A DNA stretch of 64,000 bases, taken from the NCBI GenBank assembly GCA_965215265.1, contig OZ244048.1, forward strand, positions 2,208,001 through 2,272,000, written 5' to 3'. Shown piece by piece: positions 41,869-52,377 of this stretch; position 1 is the first letter of the stretch, and every line of letters begins with the position of its first letter. The position numbers were made by a program, and so were the translations under genes. Source of the DNA: Candidatus Poribacteria bacterium. Its GTDB lineage: Bacteria; Poribacteria; WGA-4E; WGA-3G. The notes under the pieces were generated by a model, which did no database searches, had not been told where the DNA came from, and was given only the letters and a program-made list of their open reading frames with translations.

Positions 41869-42269
41869 TACCAACAAGTTTGGGTGAACGGCATGCGGGG
41901 CGTGCTCGTCTCAAGGCGTTTGGTAGGCGACTGCTGCCACTGCCACAAACGGTTGTTCCGAAAGAGATAGTGCCGGTCACCGTAATAATACGTGCGCCAC
42001 TGATCGAACCCCCGTTCAAATTGGATGACGCGTTCTGGCGGGCCGAGGCGGTGTTTTAATGCTGCCGCGGCCCGCTTGTCTTTCATTACACGTGAATGCG
42101 TGATATACGCAAGTCCTGAAAGCAGCGCTGCTAGCCCCAGTTTCCCTTTCAATTTGGTAGACAGGAACGCGTCCACGCGTGAACCGAAGCTAAAAAGTAA
42201 GCAGACTATAAGGAGGCAGCAAAGTATTTTTTTTCTGCTTCTGCTAAAAATTTGACAAAAATGTTGCAT
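41604..42269 (-). CDS. Hypothetical membrane-anchored protein (3' part overlaps the convergent gene)
   Basis: Signal-like N-terminus, a second hydrophobic segment and LGPPERV...W..YYY...YLF.N; the last ~88 codons are antisense to the 41194 gene. Confidence 0.45.
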   Translation of the reverse strand: MQHFCQIFSRSRKKILCCLLIVCLLFSFGSRVDAFLSTKLKGKLGLAALLSGLAYITHSRVMKDKRAAAALKHRLGPPERVIQFERGFDQWRTYYYGDRHYLFRNNRLWQWQQSPTKRLETSTPRMPFTQTCWYHRYAFFREPQVVAALPSASTASPSICIFRSLSVGRRAFACSAAVALTFDVTNIASNIVASSRTPMRKTVSPALANSHSRSKVPPSNQ

Positions 42270-42276
42270 TTCTACC

Positions 42277-42306
42277 TTGACAAAAAAGGGCGTTTGCAGG
42301 TATCCT
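42277..42306 (+). promoter_or_regulatory. Putative sigma70 promoter upstream of nadA
   Basis: TTGACA-N18-TATCCT. Confidence 0.4.
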
Positions 42307-42430
42307 AATAAGAAGTTTCAAAACAGTTCGCTTGTGAAAGGAAATTCACGAACACAAACCGTTAATGAGCGAGCTGCGCGGTAGCCGGCATGTAACGAGG
42401 CCGAGCCCGCACCATAGGAGCGTGATTAGC

Positions 42431-43546
42431 ATGAATTCTACGGGAGAACAGCGCCCAGCGGAAAATCCCCAGAATTATCCAGAATTCAGCATTGAGGACG
42501 TTAAGCAAGAACTTTACAAACGACATCATCCGAGTTTGACTTTTCTTGACATAGAGGCGCATGCCAAAACTATCCATAGGATACGAACTCTCAAGGCGAA
42601 ACATAACGTTGTAATGCTGGGCCACAACTACATGGAGCCTCTTGTTTTTGGCTTATCAGAAAAAGCGGAGCAGGGCGACTCGCTTGGGCTGAGTATGTAC
42701 GCCGCAAAGACTGATGGACAATATTTAATCTTTAACGGTGTGCCATTTATGGCGGAAACCGCCAAGATTTTGAGTCCGGAGAAAACTGTGTTGGTTGCAG
42801 ATAAGACAGCGGGGTGTTCCCTCGCGGATAATTTCGGTGCAGAGGATGTTAAGGTGTTGAAAGCGCTTTATCCCGGTGCGCCCGTAATGATTTACGTCAA
42901 CAGTTACGCTGACGCGAAGGCAGAATCCGATATCTGCTGTACCTCTGCCAATGCCGCACATATTGCGAAGTCGCTCCCAGGCGATACCGTAATCTTTGTG
43001 CCTGATATTTTCTTCGCGCAGAATTTGGAAGAAGAATTAAAGGGCCAAAAAACGGTGGTTTATCCGGGCAAGGATAACACTGCGCGTGGTGCGGTCTGCG
43101 AGGTTCACGAGCGTTTCACTTTGGGTGACCTGCTTGCGGTACGGGAGTCTTTTGAGATTCCGAAGGGGCATCCACATCGCAAACTGTACGCGCACTGGGA
43201 ATGCCGTCTTAACGTGCTTCAGGAGGCAGATTTCTACGGCAGTACGAGTCAGATAATGCGCGATATCGCGCATCGCGTTGCCGATGACCAACTTGAACGT
43301 GCTTTTGTGGCTTCCGAGTGTGAGTTGACCTCTAATCTTGCACAAGAATTTCCGCAAGTCCAATTTTGGACTGCCTGTTCGGTTCGATGTACGCACATGG
43401 CAAAAGTCAGTTTAGGCAAAATCGCGAACATTCTTGAGGCGATTGACCAAGGGGCAGACCTCAGTGAATTTGAAGTGACTCTGGACCCGGAGGTTACTGA
43501 AAAAGCGCGTGTGCCCATTGAGCGGATGCTTGAGATGAGCACTTGA
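42431..43546 (+). CDS. nadA: Quinolinate synthase (start uncertain)
   Basis: LGHNY, GDSL.LS, FMAETAKILSP, AGCSLA, YVNS, CTSANA, CEVH, HWEC, C.HM. Confidence 0.93.
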   Translation: MNSTGEQRPAENPQNYPEFSIEDVKQELYKRHHPSLTFLDIEAHAKTIHRIRTLKAKHNVVMLGHNYMEPLVFGLSEKAEQGDSLGLSMYAAKTDGQYLIFNGVPFMAETAKILSPEKTVLVADKTAGCSLADNFGAEDVKVLKALYPGAPVMIYVNSYADAKAESDICCTSANAAHIAKSLPGDTVIFVPDIFFAQNLEEELKGQKTVVYPGKDNTARGAVCEVHERFTLGDLLAVRESFEIPKGHPHRKLYAHWECRLNVLQEADFYGSTSQIMRDIAHRVADDQLERAFVASECELTSNLAQEFPQVQFWTACSVRCTHMAKVSLGKIANILEAIDQGADLSEFEVTLDPEVTEKARVPIERMLEMST

Positions 43547-43918
43547 CAGACTCGGCGGATAATATTAAGCAAAAAAAATGTTTCGATTATAGAATCCCTC
43601 CCTCGGACTTTACTTCCACTGGCCCTTTTCGTCTCGCTTGTAGGGGAAAGGGGCCTGGTATTTGTATGAATTCGCCTTTTTACTCACCTGCGGCGATTTT
43701 AAGACACGTATTAGCCAATCAATATTTATAGATTTTATCAGTTTTTAAAGAAAAAGAAGATTGGAAGGTGCGTATCGCCATCAAGCGCTCGCTTTCAGCG
43801 TGCTTAGGATGGTGTGGTGGTGCGCAACCTTACCGCTTTGGAACAGAAAGTGCCATCGGGCGGTAAAAACGATATAGCGGTTTTTACCGCTTTTACCGCG
43901 TCCGTTTTGCGTTCAGGT

Positions 43919-44911
43919 TTAAAAGCGAGTGATGACAGAGACACGGTGCGCGTTGCCGACCTTGGTGTCAGGCACGAAGGCATAATCAAACTGGAAGTCT
44001 ATATTTGCGAGTGCGTCATCGCCGCTGCGTCTGACACCGAGCCCGAGTGCGAGTCCGTTACTCGGATTATCGTCTAGCCCGATGCGGTACCCGAGTCGGG
44101 CTGCGACAGCATCGTAAAACCATCGCTCAGTGCCGATGTGGAAGCTGGGTGATGCGTCAATGAGTGGGATTTTGGCATCTGCGCCGAATGCCCATATCTC
44201 GCGGGGTATCATGCTTTCCGCGTCCTCGGTCTGCTGTTCCCAGGTCCGGTAAGCGATGCCGGCACGGACTGCCATGGGCAGGTTTTCGCCGCCGTCTAAC
44301 ACGCCTGCATTTTGTACGGCAACACCGATACCGAGGTGGTTGTCTATTAAACGTAAAAGGACCCCGAGATCGGTAGCGACACCGTAGGAGTTCTGGATAT
44401 CCAGTTGCTGCGATATTAATTTGGCTGTCGCGCCGATTGACATGGCTGTCCCGATGGGGTAGGCGAGGGATAAACCGGTAGCGAATCCGCCTACCGTGAC
44501 GGTGCTTTCCGGTGTCTCAGTCGGGCTGTACCGTCGTTCAATTTCGGTGAAGCTGCCGAGGAAGCTCGCGCCCCAGACGAGTCGTTCTGCACGCTGTGCA
44601 TACCCGATGGTTTGGTTACTTATATCCGCAAAGGAGAAATGCTGCATAGCAGCCAATTCTCTATCCTGTACGGAAGTGAGTCCGGCTGGATTCCAAAAGA
44701 TGGTGTTGATGTCGTTAGCAAGCCCTGCGAAAGCGCCCCCCATTGCGACGGGGCGGCTTCCGCCTTCAATACTGAGGAATGCGGCCCCTGCGGTCCCGGC
44801 ACCGTCATGGATATTGACAGCCAGCGCGTTTTGGTTAAGGAGACACAGCACGCTAACTGAAAGGGTAACAAGGCATATTAGTAGTTTTTTTTGTCTGAAC
44901 AAGTTTTGCAA
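43919..44911 (-). CDS. PorV/PorQ-family outer-membrane beta-barrel protein
   Basis: GTAG.AFL.I..G.R..AMGGA......D.....WNPAGL N-terminal signature; C-terminal FDYAF....G..HRVS...RF. Confidence 0.85.
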   Translation of the reverse strand: MQNLFRQKKLLICLVTLSVSVLCLLNQNALAVNIHDGAGTAGAAFLSIEGGSRPVAMGGAFAGLANDINTIFWNPAGLTSVQDRELAAMQHFSFADISNQTIGYAQRAERLVWGASFLGSFTEIERRYSPTETPESTVTVGGFATGLSLAYPIGTAMSIGATAKLISQQLDIQNSYGVATDLGVLLRLIDNHLGIGVAVQNAGVLDGGENLPMAVRAGIAYRTWEQQTEDAESMIPREIWAFGADAKIPLIDASPSFHIGTERWFYDAVAARLGYRIGLDDNPSNGLALGLGVRRSGDDALANIDFQFDYAFVPDTKVGNAHRVSVITRF

Positions 44912-44973
44912 GATTTTTCTCCTATCCGAACGGAATTTGTGGTGTCAGAGCCCTCTATTAACTTTAGTACACG

Positions 44974-47900
44974 CTAATCAACAACGAGCAATTTGCCGAC
45001 AGTATTGGCGCGATTGCCGGTGGCATTGACTGCCTCTAGGCGGAAAACGTAAATTCCACGGGCAACCGGATTACCTGCCTGGTTCTCCAAGTTCCATTTT
45101 ATGAGCTGATCGTTGCGCTGCCCTGAGACGACATCCGGATACGTTTGCGACAGCACCATGTTCCCACTCCAATCGTAGAGATTCAAGGTGATTTCGACTG
45201 TTTCGCCACGTGGTACATTGACATCAAAGGAGAAGAAGGCGACATCACCTTTTGAAATGCGCAGCGGATTGGGCCAGCCAAAAGTCGGCTCCCGGAAGGT
45301 TAAGGAGACAGACATCGTAACCTTCCCGATATCGTAGATAGCGTAGTTGCCTGCGTTATCTGTGACACGGACATCCAAGTCGTATTCACCGGAACGTGCT
45401 GGCAGGAAATCGAGAGACCATCGGCTCCACAGTTCTTCTTCTGCATTGCTGTCGTCTGTAGCAAGCACCGGTTCGATCGGTTGGTTATCTGGTCCGGTGC
45501 CGATAATTTCAACAAGCCACACCCCGGATGCTGGTACCTGCTGTTCCCGTTCGCCGATTGCTTGTGTGCCGTTCGGGTCTGTCGCAGTTCCTTCAAGGAG
45601 GAATGGCTCATCTGTTAATTCCATTTCGCCCCCATCACTTGTTACGGTGGCTGTAGGGACGGTGGTTTCGTAAAGAAATTCGGTTGTGATGGAATCGGTT
45701 GGTGCAAACCCAAGGAATTCCGGATCATTTCCCTTCCCGGTTACCGTAACCTTGTATGGCCCTCGGATAGATAACCCTTCCGATTTGAAAACGAGAGTAT
45801 CGACGCCGTTCTGTTGGATGATGCCTGGGAGTTCTGCGCCGTCAGGTCTTCTGACAGTGATTTCGGACTGTGCCAGGTTGACGCCTAGTCCGGTGTCAGA
45901 TATTTTGGCTTGTATGACAACCCCGCCAGTGGCGGATGTGGCTGTGGGATAGTCAATTGCCTCGAGATCTACGAGGAGGGGTTCACCGTTGAGGAGGAGG
46001 GTACTCTCATCAATACGTGGTGGACTCAAATCGTAGGTGAACTGCTTCTGATACGGTTCATCAGTATTTCCTGCTCGGTCTTTGGGCGAGACAGTAATTC
46101 GATATTCGCCATCATTTGAGCCGTCATCGGCGAGTGGCACGGTAAGTTGGAATCTGAGTGTATCTGGTAGTACGTCGGAAATTTTTCCGGCAATTTTAGT
46201 GGGTGTGGGTGTGATTCGCTCAAGGGTTAACCATTCCTCATTGAGGTTATCCCAATCAATTCCGGAGGGGTTATCCGTGAGTTGCACGCGAATTTCAGTG
46301 AGTGAATTGTTCACACCGGGTTGCGCGACGACAAGTTGGATGTCTTCTATCTCAAGTTCCGGTGCTTGCGTATCATACGTAAACGTCAAGTGTTGAGCTT
46401 CGCCGGCGCGTCCTGATGCACTAACCGGTGTGAATTCAATGGTATAGATGCCGTCTTCGGAGCCGTCTTGCGCCAGCGGCCGTGCCAACTTATAGGTTAA
46501 GCGTGAGGGTTCTCGCTGTTGTTGCCCTGCGATGACTTTCGCCCCGGGAGCGAGTAACCGTACGGTGGAGAGGTGCCGTTCATCATCGGTTTCAAGTTGT
46601 AATTCTATCTGCTCAATTTGTTGATTGGTAAACGCGTCCTCATCCGGTGCGGTTACCGGTTCGGTAGAGATGACGGTTGGCAGTGTACGTGAGAGTATGA
46701 AACTGCGCTCAAACATCAAGTCACCGCCGTTGCCGGCTCTATCCATTGCACTGACGTGAATGCGATAGCGTCCATCTGCTACCAATGGATTCAGAGTGAG
46801 GGTGAGTTGTCCGTCATTGTCATTGCTGAGTTCCCCTGTTATTTCTCCGCCGTCGGGTGCTACAACAGTTAAGGTAGTAAGGGCGAAGTCGATCTGACTG
46901 CCGCCGGCATCGTTCAAATCGGCATGTACCTGTGTTATGTCATCTGTGAGAATATCGCCGTCGGCAGGGATAGTGCTGACAAGTTGTGGGGGCTGTGTAT
47001 CATAGACGAGCGGATACGTGGCGTTATGCGAATTACCTGCTTTGTCAATGAGCGCTACTGTGAGGCTATAGTTTCCATCGGCGCTTCCATCGGTTCCCAA
47101 GGGTTCGCTGAGCGTCAAAAAGAATTGACTTGTTCCGTCATTTGTTAGCACAGCTTCAAGTGGATTTCCAGCTGCGTCCAAGAATTTAACGTTCTGTTGG
47201 TTCAAAGCGAGTTGCGCGGGTCCGACATCTTCAACGGTGAAACTGAATTCTGCCCCGTTTTGTGAAAACGCTGCATTGAGGTAAGAGAGGGGTTGCCTGA
47301 GCGCAATGGGAGACGCTGCCGTGATGCGCGGTGGTTGTGTATCATAAACGAATTGCCGCAAGGCGACTTCGCCCTGCCGTCCTTCTTTATCAATAGGGGT
47401 TACCGCCACGGTGTATGTACCATCGGCTGTGCCATCTGTAGGCTGCGATAACGGTTGCCACATTAACTGGTTTTCGCCATCGTTTGTTGTGGTGCCGGGC
47501 ACAGGAAGTCCGCTAGCGTTTGTCACAGTGATGGTTGAACCTGAGTTACCAAAAGCCAATCCGGTACCAGACGGATCTTCCAAGGTGGCGATGACACCCG
47601 ATGCCCCGCCGTTGACGTATACGATACCGCCTACTTTGCCGTCAATTAGGACGTTGGTAACGCTGGGGAGTGCTAAATCCAGTCGGAACCGGTAGCTAAC
47701 GGCCCCTTGTGCACGATTTCCGGCTCTATCTTGGGGTGTGATGCTGAGCGTATAGTCGCCGATTACCTGTGGTGTGAAAAACTGAGCAGTAAGTTGTGCC
47801 TCACCATCATCGCTCAGGTTCAGCGGCAGTGACGCGTCATCTGGGCCCGTCAACTGAATTGTGGTATTGGCAAAATCCAGCTGGATGGCTTCTGTAAACT

Positions 47901-50900
47901 TAACGACAACTGAAAACTTATCAGGCTGGGCTTCCTCTCCGAAGTCGGTAATAATTTCGGTTTCTGTCGGCATCAGTTGGATTGTATCGTTGGGTGCAGT
48001 GCTTCTCCACAACGTAACGGTGTCAAGTTGTGGGGGCTGTGTATCATAGACGAGCGGATACGTGGCGTTATGCGAATTACCTGCTTTGTCAATGAGCGCT
48101 ACTGTGAGACTATAGTTTCCATCGGCGCTTCCATCGGTTCCCAAGGGTTCGCTGAGCGTCAAAAAGAATTGACTTGTTCCGTCATTTGTTAGCACAGCTT
48201 CAAGTGGATTTCCAGCTGCGTCCAAGAATTTAACGTGCTGTTGGTTCAAAGTGAGTTGCGCGGGTCCGACATCTTCGACGGTGAAACTGAATTCTGCCCC
48301 GTTTTGTGAAAACGCTGTATTGAGGTAAGAAAGGGGTTGCCTGAGCGCAATGGGAGACGCTGCCGTGATGCGCGGTGGTTGTGTATCATAAACGAATTGC
48401 CGCAAGGCGACTTCGCCCTGCCGTCCTTCTTTATCAACAGGGGTGACTGCCACGGTGTATGTACCATCGGCTGTGCCATCTGTAGGCTGCGATAACGGTT
48501 GCCATACCAGCTGATCGGTTCCTCTTACCACTGTAATCCCTGGTATTGGTATGCCATCAGCATTCGTGACATTGATTCTTGAACCGTCATTCTCAAATGA
48601 GAGCCCTGTTTCCGTAACATCTATGAAGGTTGCAACGATACTTGTGGCCCCTCCGTTGACGTAAACCAGAGCGCCGATTTCGCCATCAATTTCAACAGAA
48701 CTCACTTTAGGCACCCCAAAATTGAGTCGGAGCCTAAATGAGTAAACAAAAGGTTGGGTACTTGCATTTCCAAGGTAGTCTTGCGGATGAATGGATAAGC
48801 GATAATCGCCTGATGTCATGAGTGATAAGAAGGTGAGCGTTAAACTGGTTTTGTTGTCTTGTGTGACGTTAATCGCGATATCTGCTTCATCCGGTCCCGA
48901 GAGTGAAATCGCTGTATTGCTGATGTCAATATCCTCTGCTTCAAGTTCAAGGTTGACGGTGATACGTGAGAAGGTTTCTTCTATGACGGGTGAACGCTCT
49001 GTTTCAAGGAGCGTCGGTGTCGTTGTCAAAGCCGTAACGCGACTCACTTTAGGCACCCCAAAATTGAGTCGGAGCCTAAATGAGTAAACAAAAGGTTGGG
49101 TACTTGCATTTCCAAGGTAGTCTTGCGGATGAATGGATAAGCGATAATCGCCTGATGTCATGAGTGATAAGAAGGTGAGCGTTAAACTGGTTTTGTTGTC
49201 TTGTGTGACGTTAATCGCGATATCTGCTCCATCCGGTCCCGAGAGTGAAATCGCTGTATTGCTGATGTCAATATCCTCTGCTTGAAAGTTGACGGTGATA
49301 CGTGAGAAGGTTTCTTCTATGACAGGTACGTTCTCTACTTCAAGGAGCGTCGGTGTCGTTGTCAAAGCTTCGACGTTTGTAATCGGTGGAGATTGCGTAT
49401 CAACATTGAATGTGAAATTTTCTGTCCACTGCTGTCCGTTAAAATCAACAAAGGTGGCGGTTATCGTGTATTCTCCATCTGCTGAGCCGTCATCAGGTAG
49501 CAGCGTTTCTGTGTTCCATGTCAAGCGGTGGTTTGCTTCATCGGCCGGTGCGGTTGCTACGTTTCTGGGAACAACAACGCCATTAGGTCCTTTAACGACA
49601 AGCGTTGATTTTTCAAAATCGATACCGACACCGATATAATCGACGAGTTCAACTGCTGCAAATCCGGTGGCATCCGCTGTAAAACTATTGACTATAGTTG
49701 TTTCGGGGTGGATGAGGCGGATTTTGGTACGGGTTTGACTGACGAGAAAAAACGCTCGGCGTGCGGTTGCACCTTGGTTTCCAGCCCTATCAATAGGTGT
49801 GACTTCTATCACGTAGGTACCGTCATCAGAACCGTCTACTGCAAAGGGTGCCAGGACTGTCAGTGTGATACTTCCGGTTCCATTGCTCGTAATGTTGACG
49901 GGCACTTCTTCATCGTTATGTTTAAGTCTGAAGGTGCTCTGGATGAAGTCGATGCCGCTGGTTATCTCGTTGAGGTTGATTTGGACTTCAGCAAGCGATG
50001 AGACGTTCTGATTCGATGCTGGGACGGTTGAGACGAGCGTGGGAAGCTGCGTATCATAAATAAGTTGGAATTGGTGTGTTTCACTGTTTCCAATCGTGTC
50101 TGCCACGCGGACATTGAGTGTATAGTTTCCATCTTGACTTCCGTCTCTTAGCGTAAGAGGTTCGGTTAATATATAAGCGATGCGGTTGTTATTTTTATCA
50201 CGTAGCGTTCGGCCGGGGAGCACGTTAATACGGCCGTCGGCATCAGTAGTACCAAAGCGAATATTTGTAGGTTCTTCGAGTTGTATTCCGATGCCGCTCT
50301 CTTCAAAAGTGGCGATGATTTGGTTAATCGGCTGCGAGTAATAGACAGTATCCTGAAGCGGTGTAAACGCTGCTGCGCCTTCGTTCAGTGCCAGCGAGGT
50401 AATCTCAGGAGCTTTGTTATCGTAGACAAACGGAATTTGTAGAACTTCAGTGCTATTGCCGGCGTTATCGGTTCCGAGGATTTCTATGGTGTATTCGCCG
50501 TCGTAGATACCATCTTTCGCCAATAGAGGATTGAGGAAGTTCCACCGGAGCGTATTGGGTTTGGGCTGCGTTTGCCTACCTAATATGGCAGCATCATCAG
50601 GTCCTTTTAACCGGATGGTAGAATCTGACAAGTTTAAGCCATTGGGTAGGTTATCCTTTATCGTCGCTTCCACAAAGTTCATCGATTTGCTGACTCCGTC
50701 TCCTGCCCTTAAAGCGCCGTTGCTTGTGGCAACGCCGGTTAATGTCGGAGCAATGTTGTCAAAGACAAATGAGAGCGTTTGCGTGACTGTATTGCCAGCT
50801 TTATCTGCAACAGTTGAGTTGAGTGTGTAGGTGCCATTCTCTGATGCACTATCAAGGGGGTTACTCAGAGTGAATGTCAAGTCAGTGCCGTTGTCGCCAA

Positions 50901-51876
50901 AGGTGCCGCTCGCCTGTGCCTTGCGTTGCTGCCTCAGCCTTACTTCCGTGTTTACACTTGTGAAGTCAATCGCGGAACCGATCGATTCGCCTTTGTCGGG
51001 TGTTATTTTGATTGCGCGGATGGCTTGGTTAACAAATCTTCCGTTGATAAGTTCTATTTCGCCAGCATTGGTGATAGCCTTGATGCCGCCACTGGGAATC
51101 CGCGGTGGAACGGTGTCTATAGTGATTTGATCGGTTTGTGCTGTTTTTTCGTTTCCTGCTTTGTCAGTAATACGGAGTCTGAGGGTATAGATGCCGTCCG
51201 GTAGTCCTCTAAAGGATCGGCTACCGTCACCTCCGTCCCAGCGGTAGGTATGCCCGCCTTGTCCTTCGCGTAGTTGATCTGCTTGTCCGTATTCGGTGCC
51301 GCTGGCGGTTAGGAATTCCACTCTGCTTGTTTCTACAGTCTCGCTGAGGCTGTAGAAAACGTCTAACCTATCGAGGACACCATCCCGGTTAGGGGAGAAT
51401 ACCCTTTCCTCAGTTGTAATTGAAATCTCCGGTGGGGTTCTGTCTATAGTTACCTGTATTGTCGCCTCATCTCCAGTATCGGGCAGTGCCCCATTCGCAT
51501 CGCGCTCTCCAACTTCGATGCGAAGCGTATAGGTTCCTTCTGGAAGCGATACGTCTCCGACTTCCCCATTCCATGTGTGGGTTTTGATTCGATTCTCAGC
51601 TATCGTGCCGCTGAAGATTTGGGTGGCTGGTTCAACAATAATCTTGTAGGGTCCACTGGCTTCTGCATTGGTGGTGATAGTAATGCGCAACACCTGAGAA
51701 GTGCCGTTAAATATAGTATCACCATTTGCATCAGCTGCTATGGTTACGTCAGCTTGTGCCCAAAGGTTTGATGGCAAGATTGTGAGTAGTGTTAAAGAAC
51801 AAATTACAAAGATTGTAAGAGGCGAAACGATTGCCTGATGGCTTTGCACACTTTTATTAGTTTTATTTTTTCGCAC
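44974..51876 (-). CDS. Giant (2300 aa) secreted Ig-like repeat protein with FlgD-like N-terminal domains and a T9SS type-A-like C-terminal domain
   Basis: Signal peptide; FSPNRDG..D and WDG...LPDG.Y; many PL..DGS.DG.Y...D.AGN modules; C-terminus WPNP...LYDWSG..V...W...NQAG..VARGIYVFR...KLLVVD. Confidence 0.88.
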   Translation of the reverse strand: MRKNKTNKSVQSHQAIVSPLTIFVICSLTLLTILPSNLWAQADVTIAADANGDTIFNGTSQVLRITITTNAEASGPYKIIVEPATQIFSGTIAENRIKTHTWNGEVGDVSLPEGTYTLRIEVGERDANGALPDTGDEATIQVTIDRTPPEISITTEERVFSPNRDGVLDRLDVFYSLSETVETSRVEFLTASGTEYGQADQLREGQGGHTYRWDGGDGSRSFRGLPDGIYTLRLRITDKAGNEKTAQTDQITIDTVPPRIPSGGIKAITNAGEIELINGRFVNQAIRAIKITPDKGESIGSAIDFTSVNTEVRLRQQRKAQASGTFGDNGTDLTFTLSNPLDSASENGTYTLNSTVADKAGNTVTQTLSFVFDNIAPTLTGVATSNGALRAGDGVSKSMNFVEATIKDNLPNGLNLSDSTIRLKGPDDAAILGRQTQPKPNTLRWNFLNPLLAKDGIYDGEYTIEILGTDNAGNSTEVLQIPFVYDNKAPEITSLALNEGAAAFTPLQDTVYYSQPINQIIATFEESGIGIQLEEPTNIRFGTTDADGRINVLPGRTLRDKNNNRIAYILTEPLTLRDGSQDGNYTLNVRVADTIGNSETHQFQLIYDTQLPTLVSTVPASNQNVSSLAEVQINLNEITSGIDFIQSTFRLKHNDEEVPVNITSNGTGSITLTVLAPFAVDGSDDGTYVIEVTPIDRAGNQGATARRAFFLVSQTRTKIRLIHPETTIVNSFTADATGFAAVELVDYIGVGIDFEKSTLVVKGPNGVVVPRNVATAPADEANHRLTWNTETLLPDDGSADGEYTITATFVDFNGQQWTENFTFNVDTQSPPITNVEALTTTPTLLEVENVPVIEETFSRITVNFQAEDIDISNTAISLSGPDGADIAINVTQDNKTSLTLTFLSLMTSGDYRLSIHPQDYLGNASTQPFVYSFRLRLNFGVPKVSRVTALTTTPTLLETERSPVIEETFSRITVNLELEAEDIDISNTAISLSGPDEADIAINVTQDNKTSLTLTFLSLMTSGDYRLSIHPQDYLGNASTQPFVYSFRLRLNFGVPKVSSVEIDGEIGALVYVNGGATSIVATFIDVTETGLSFENDGSRINVTNADGIPIPGITVVRGTDQLVWQPLSQPTDGTADGTYTVAVTPVDKEGRQGEVALRQFVYDTQPPRITAASPIALRQPLSYLNTAFSQNGAEFSFTVEDVGPAQLTLNQQHVKFLDAAGNPLEAVLTNDGTSQFFLTLSEPLGTDGSADGNYSLTVALIDKAGNSHNATYPLVYDTQPPQLDTVTLWRSTAPNDTIQLMPTETEIITDFGEEAQPDKFSVVVKFTEAIQLDFANTTIQLTGPDDASLPLNLSDDGEAQLTAQFFTPQVIGDYTLSITPQDRAGNRAQGAVSYRFRLDLALPSVTNVLIDGKVGGIVYVNGGASGVIATLEDPSGTGLAFGNSGSTITVTNASGLPVPGTTTNDGENQLMWQPLSQPTDGTADGTYTVAVTPIDKEGRQGEVALRQFVYDTQPPRITAASPIALRQPLSYLNAAFSQNGAEFSFTVEDVGPAQLALNQQNVKFLDAAGNPLEAVLTNDGTSQFFLTLSEPLGTDGSADGNYSLTVALIDKAGNSHNATYPLVYDTQPPQLVSTIPADGDILTDDITQVHADLNDAGGSQIDFALTTLTVVAPDGGEITGELSNDNDGQLTLTLNPLVADGRYRIHVSAMDRAGNGGDLMFERSFILSRTLPTVISTEPVTAPDEDAFTNQQIEQIELQLETDDERHLSTVRLLAPGAKVIAGQQQREPSRLTYKLARPLAQDGSEDGIYTIEFTPVSASGRAGEAQHLTFTYDTQAPELEIEDIQLVVAQPGVNNSLTEIRVQLTDNPSGIDWDNLNEEWLTLERITPTPTKIAGKISDVLPDTLRFQLTVPLADDGSNDGEYRITVSPKDRAGNTDEPYQKQFTYDLSPPRIDESTLLLNGEPLLVDLEAIDYPTATSATGGVVIQAKISDTGLGVNLAQSEITVRRPDGAELPGIIQQNGVDTLVFKSEGLSIRGPYKVTVTGKGNDPEFLGFAPTDSITTEFLYETTVPTATVTSDGGEMELTDEPFLLEGTATDPNGTQAIGEREQQVPASGVWLVEIIGTGPDNQPIEPVLATDDSNAEEELWSRWSLDFLPARSGEYDLDVRVTDNAGNYAIYDIGKVTMSVSLTFREPTFGWPNPLRISKGDVAFFSFDVNVPRGETVEITLNLYDWSGNMVLSQTYPDVVSGQRNDQLIKWNLENQAGNPVARGIYVFRLEAVNATGNRANTVGKLLVVD
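46980..48504. repeat. Intragenic near-identical direct repeats 46980-47460 and 48024-48504
   Basis: About 480 bp each, offset 1044 bp, few substitutions. Confidence 0.9.
48700..49368. repeat. Intragenic tandem repeats 48700-49032 and 49042-49368
   Basis: About 330 bp each, offset 342 bp, one 6-bp indel and few substitutions. Confidence 0.9.
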
Positions 51877-52377
51877 TGATTTCTCCCTGGCACTAAATAT
51901 TAAACTATGAGAATCTTAATAAGCAAGCCCATATAGTAAAGCATTTTTATTTGTAATTAGACGCAAAACACTCGATTAGGTTGAGAAAAAATATCAATTT
52001 TCGATACCGGTTCTCAACGAAAATAAGGGCGTAAAATCAAGTATCTTCGCTCTCTAAAGTCTGTAAGGTTAAAAGCGGGATTGCCTAAGTCGGTTTGGGT
52101 GCTTTTCTTGATGCGAGGCAGCGGTCTGAACCGTCTCCAATTCAGACCTGCAGATCGAAGCGTTAGGGTAGCGTGGCCATTGCCCGCCTCCATCGTTTGC
52201 ACCCGTTTCAAACGTTATCGAACGCCAAATACGGTTTGGGTTGGTATGCCTACTGTAAAAACGGATAATTCAAAAGGTTTCTGACGAGTTCTATTGAGTA
52301 AAATTGATACGGTGATTCGACCGGCTTTGATTCGCAATATCGAATCTGTAGGCAAAAATCGCCTTTACCTGGATTTT

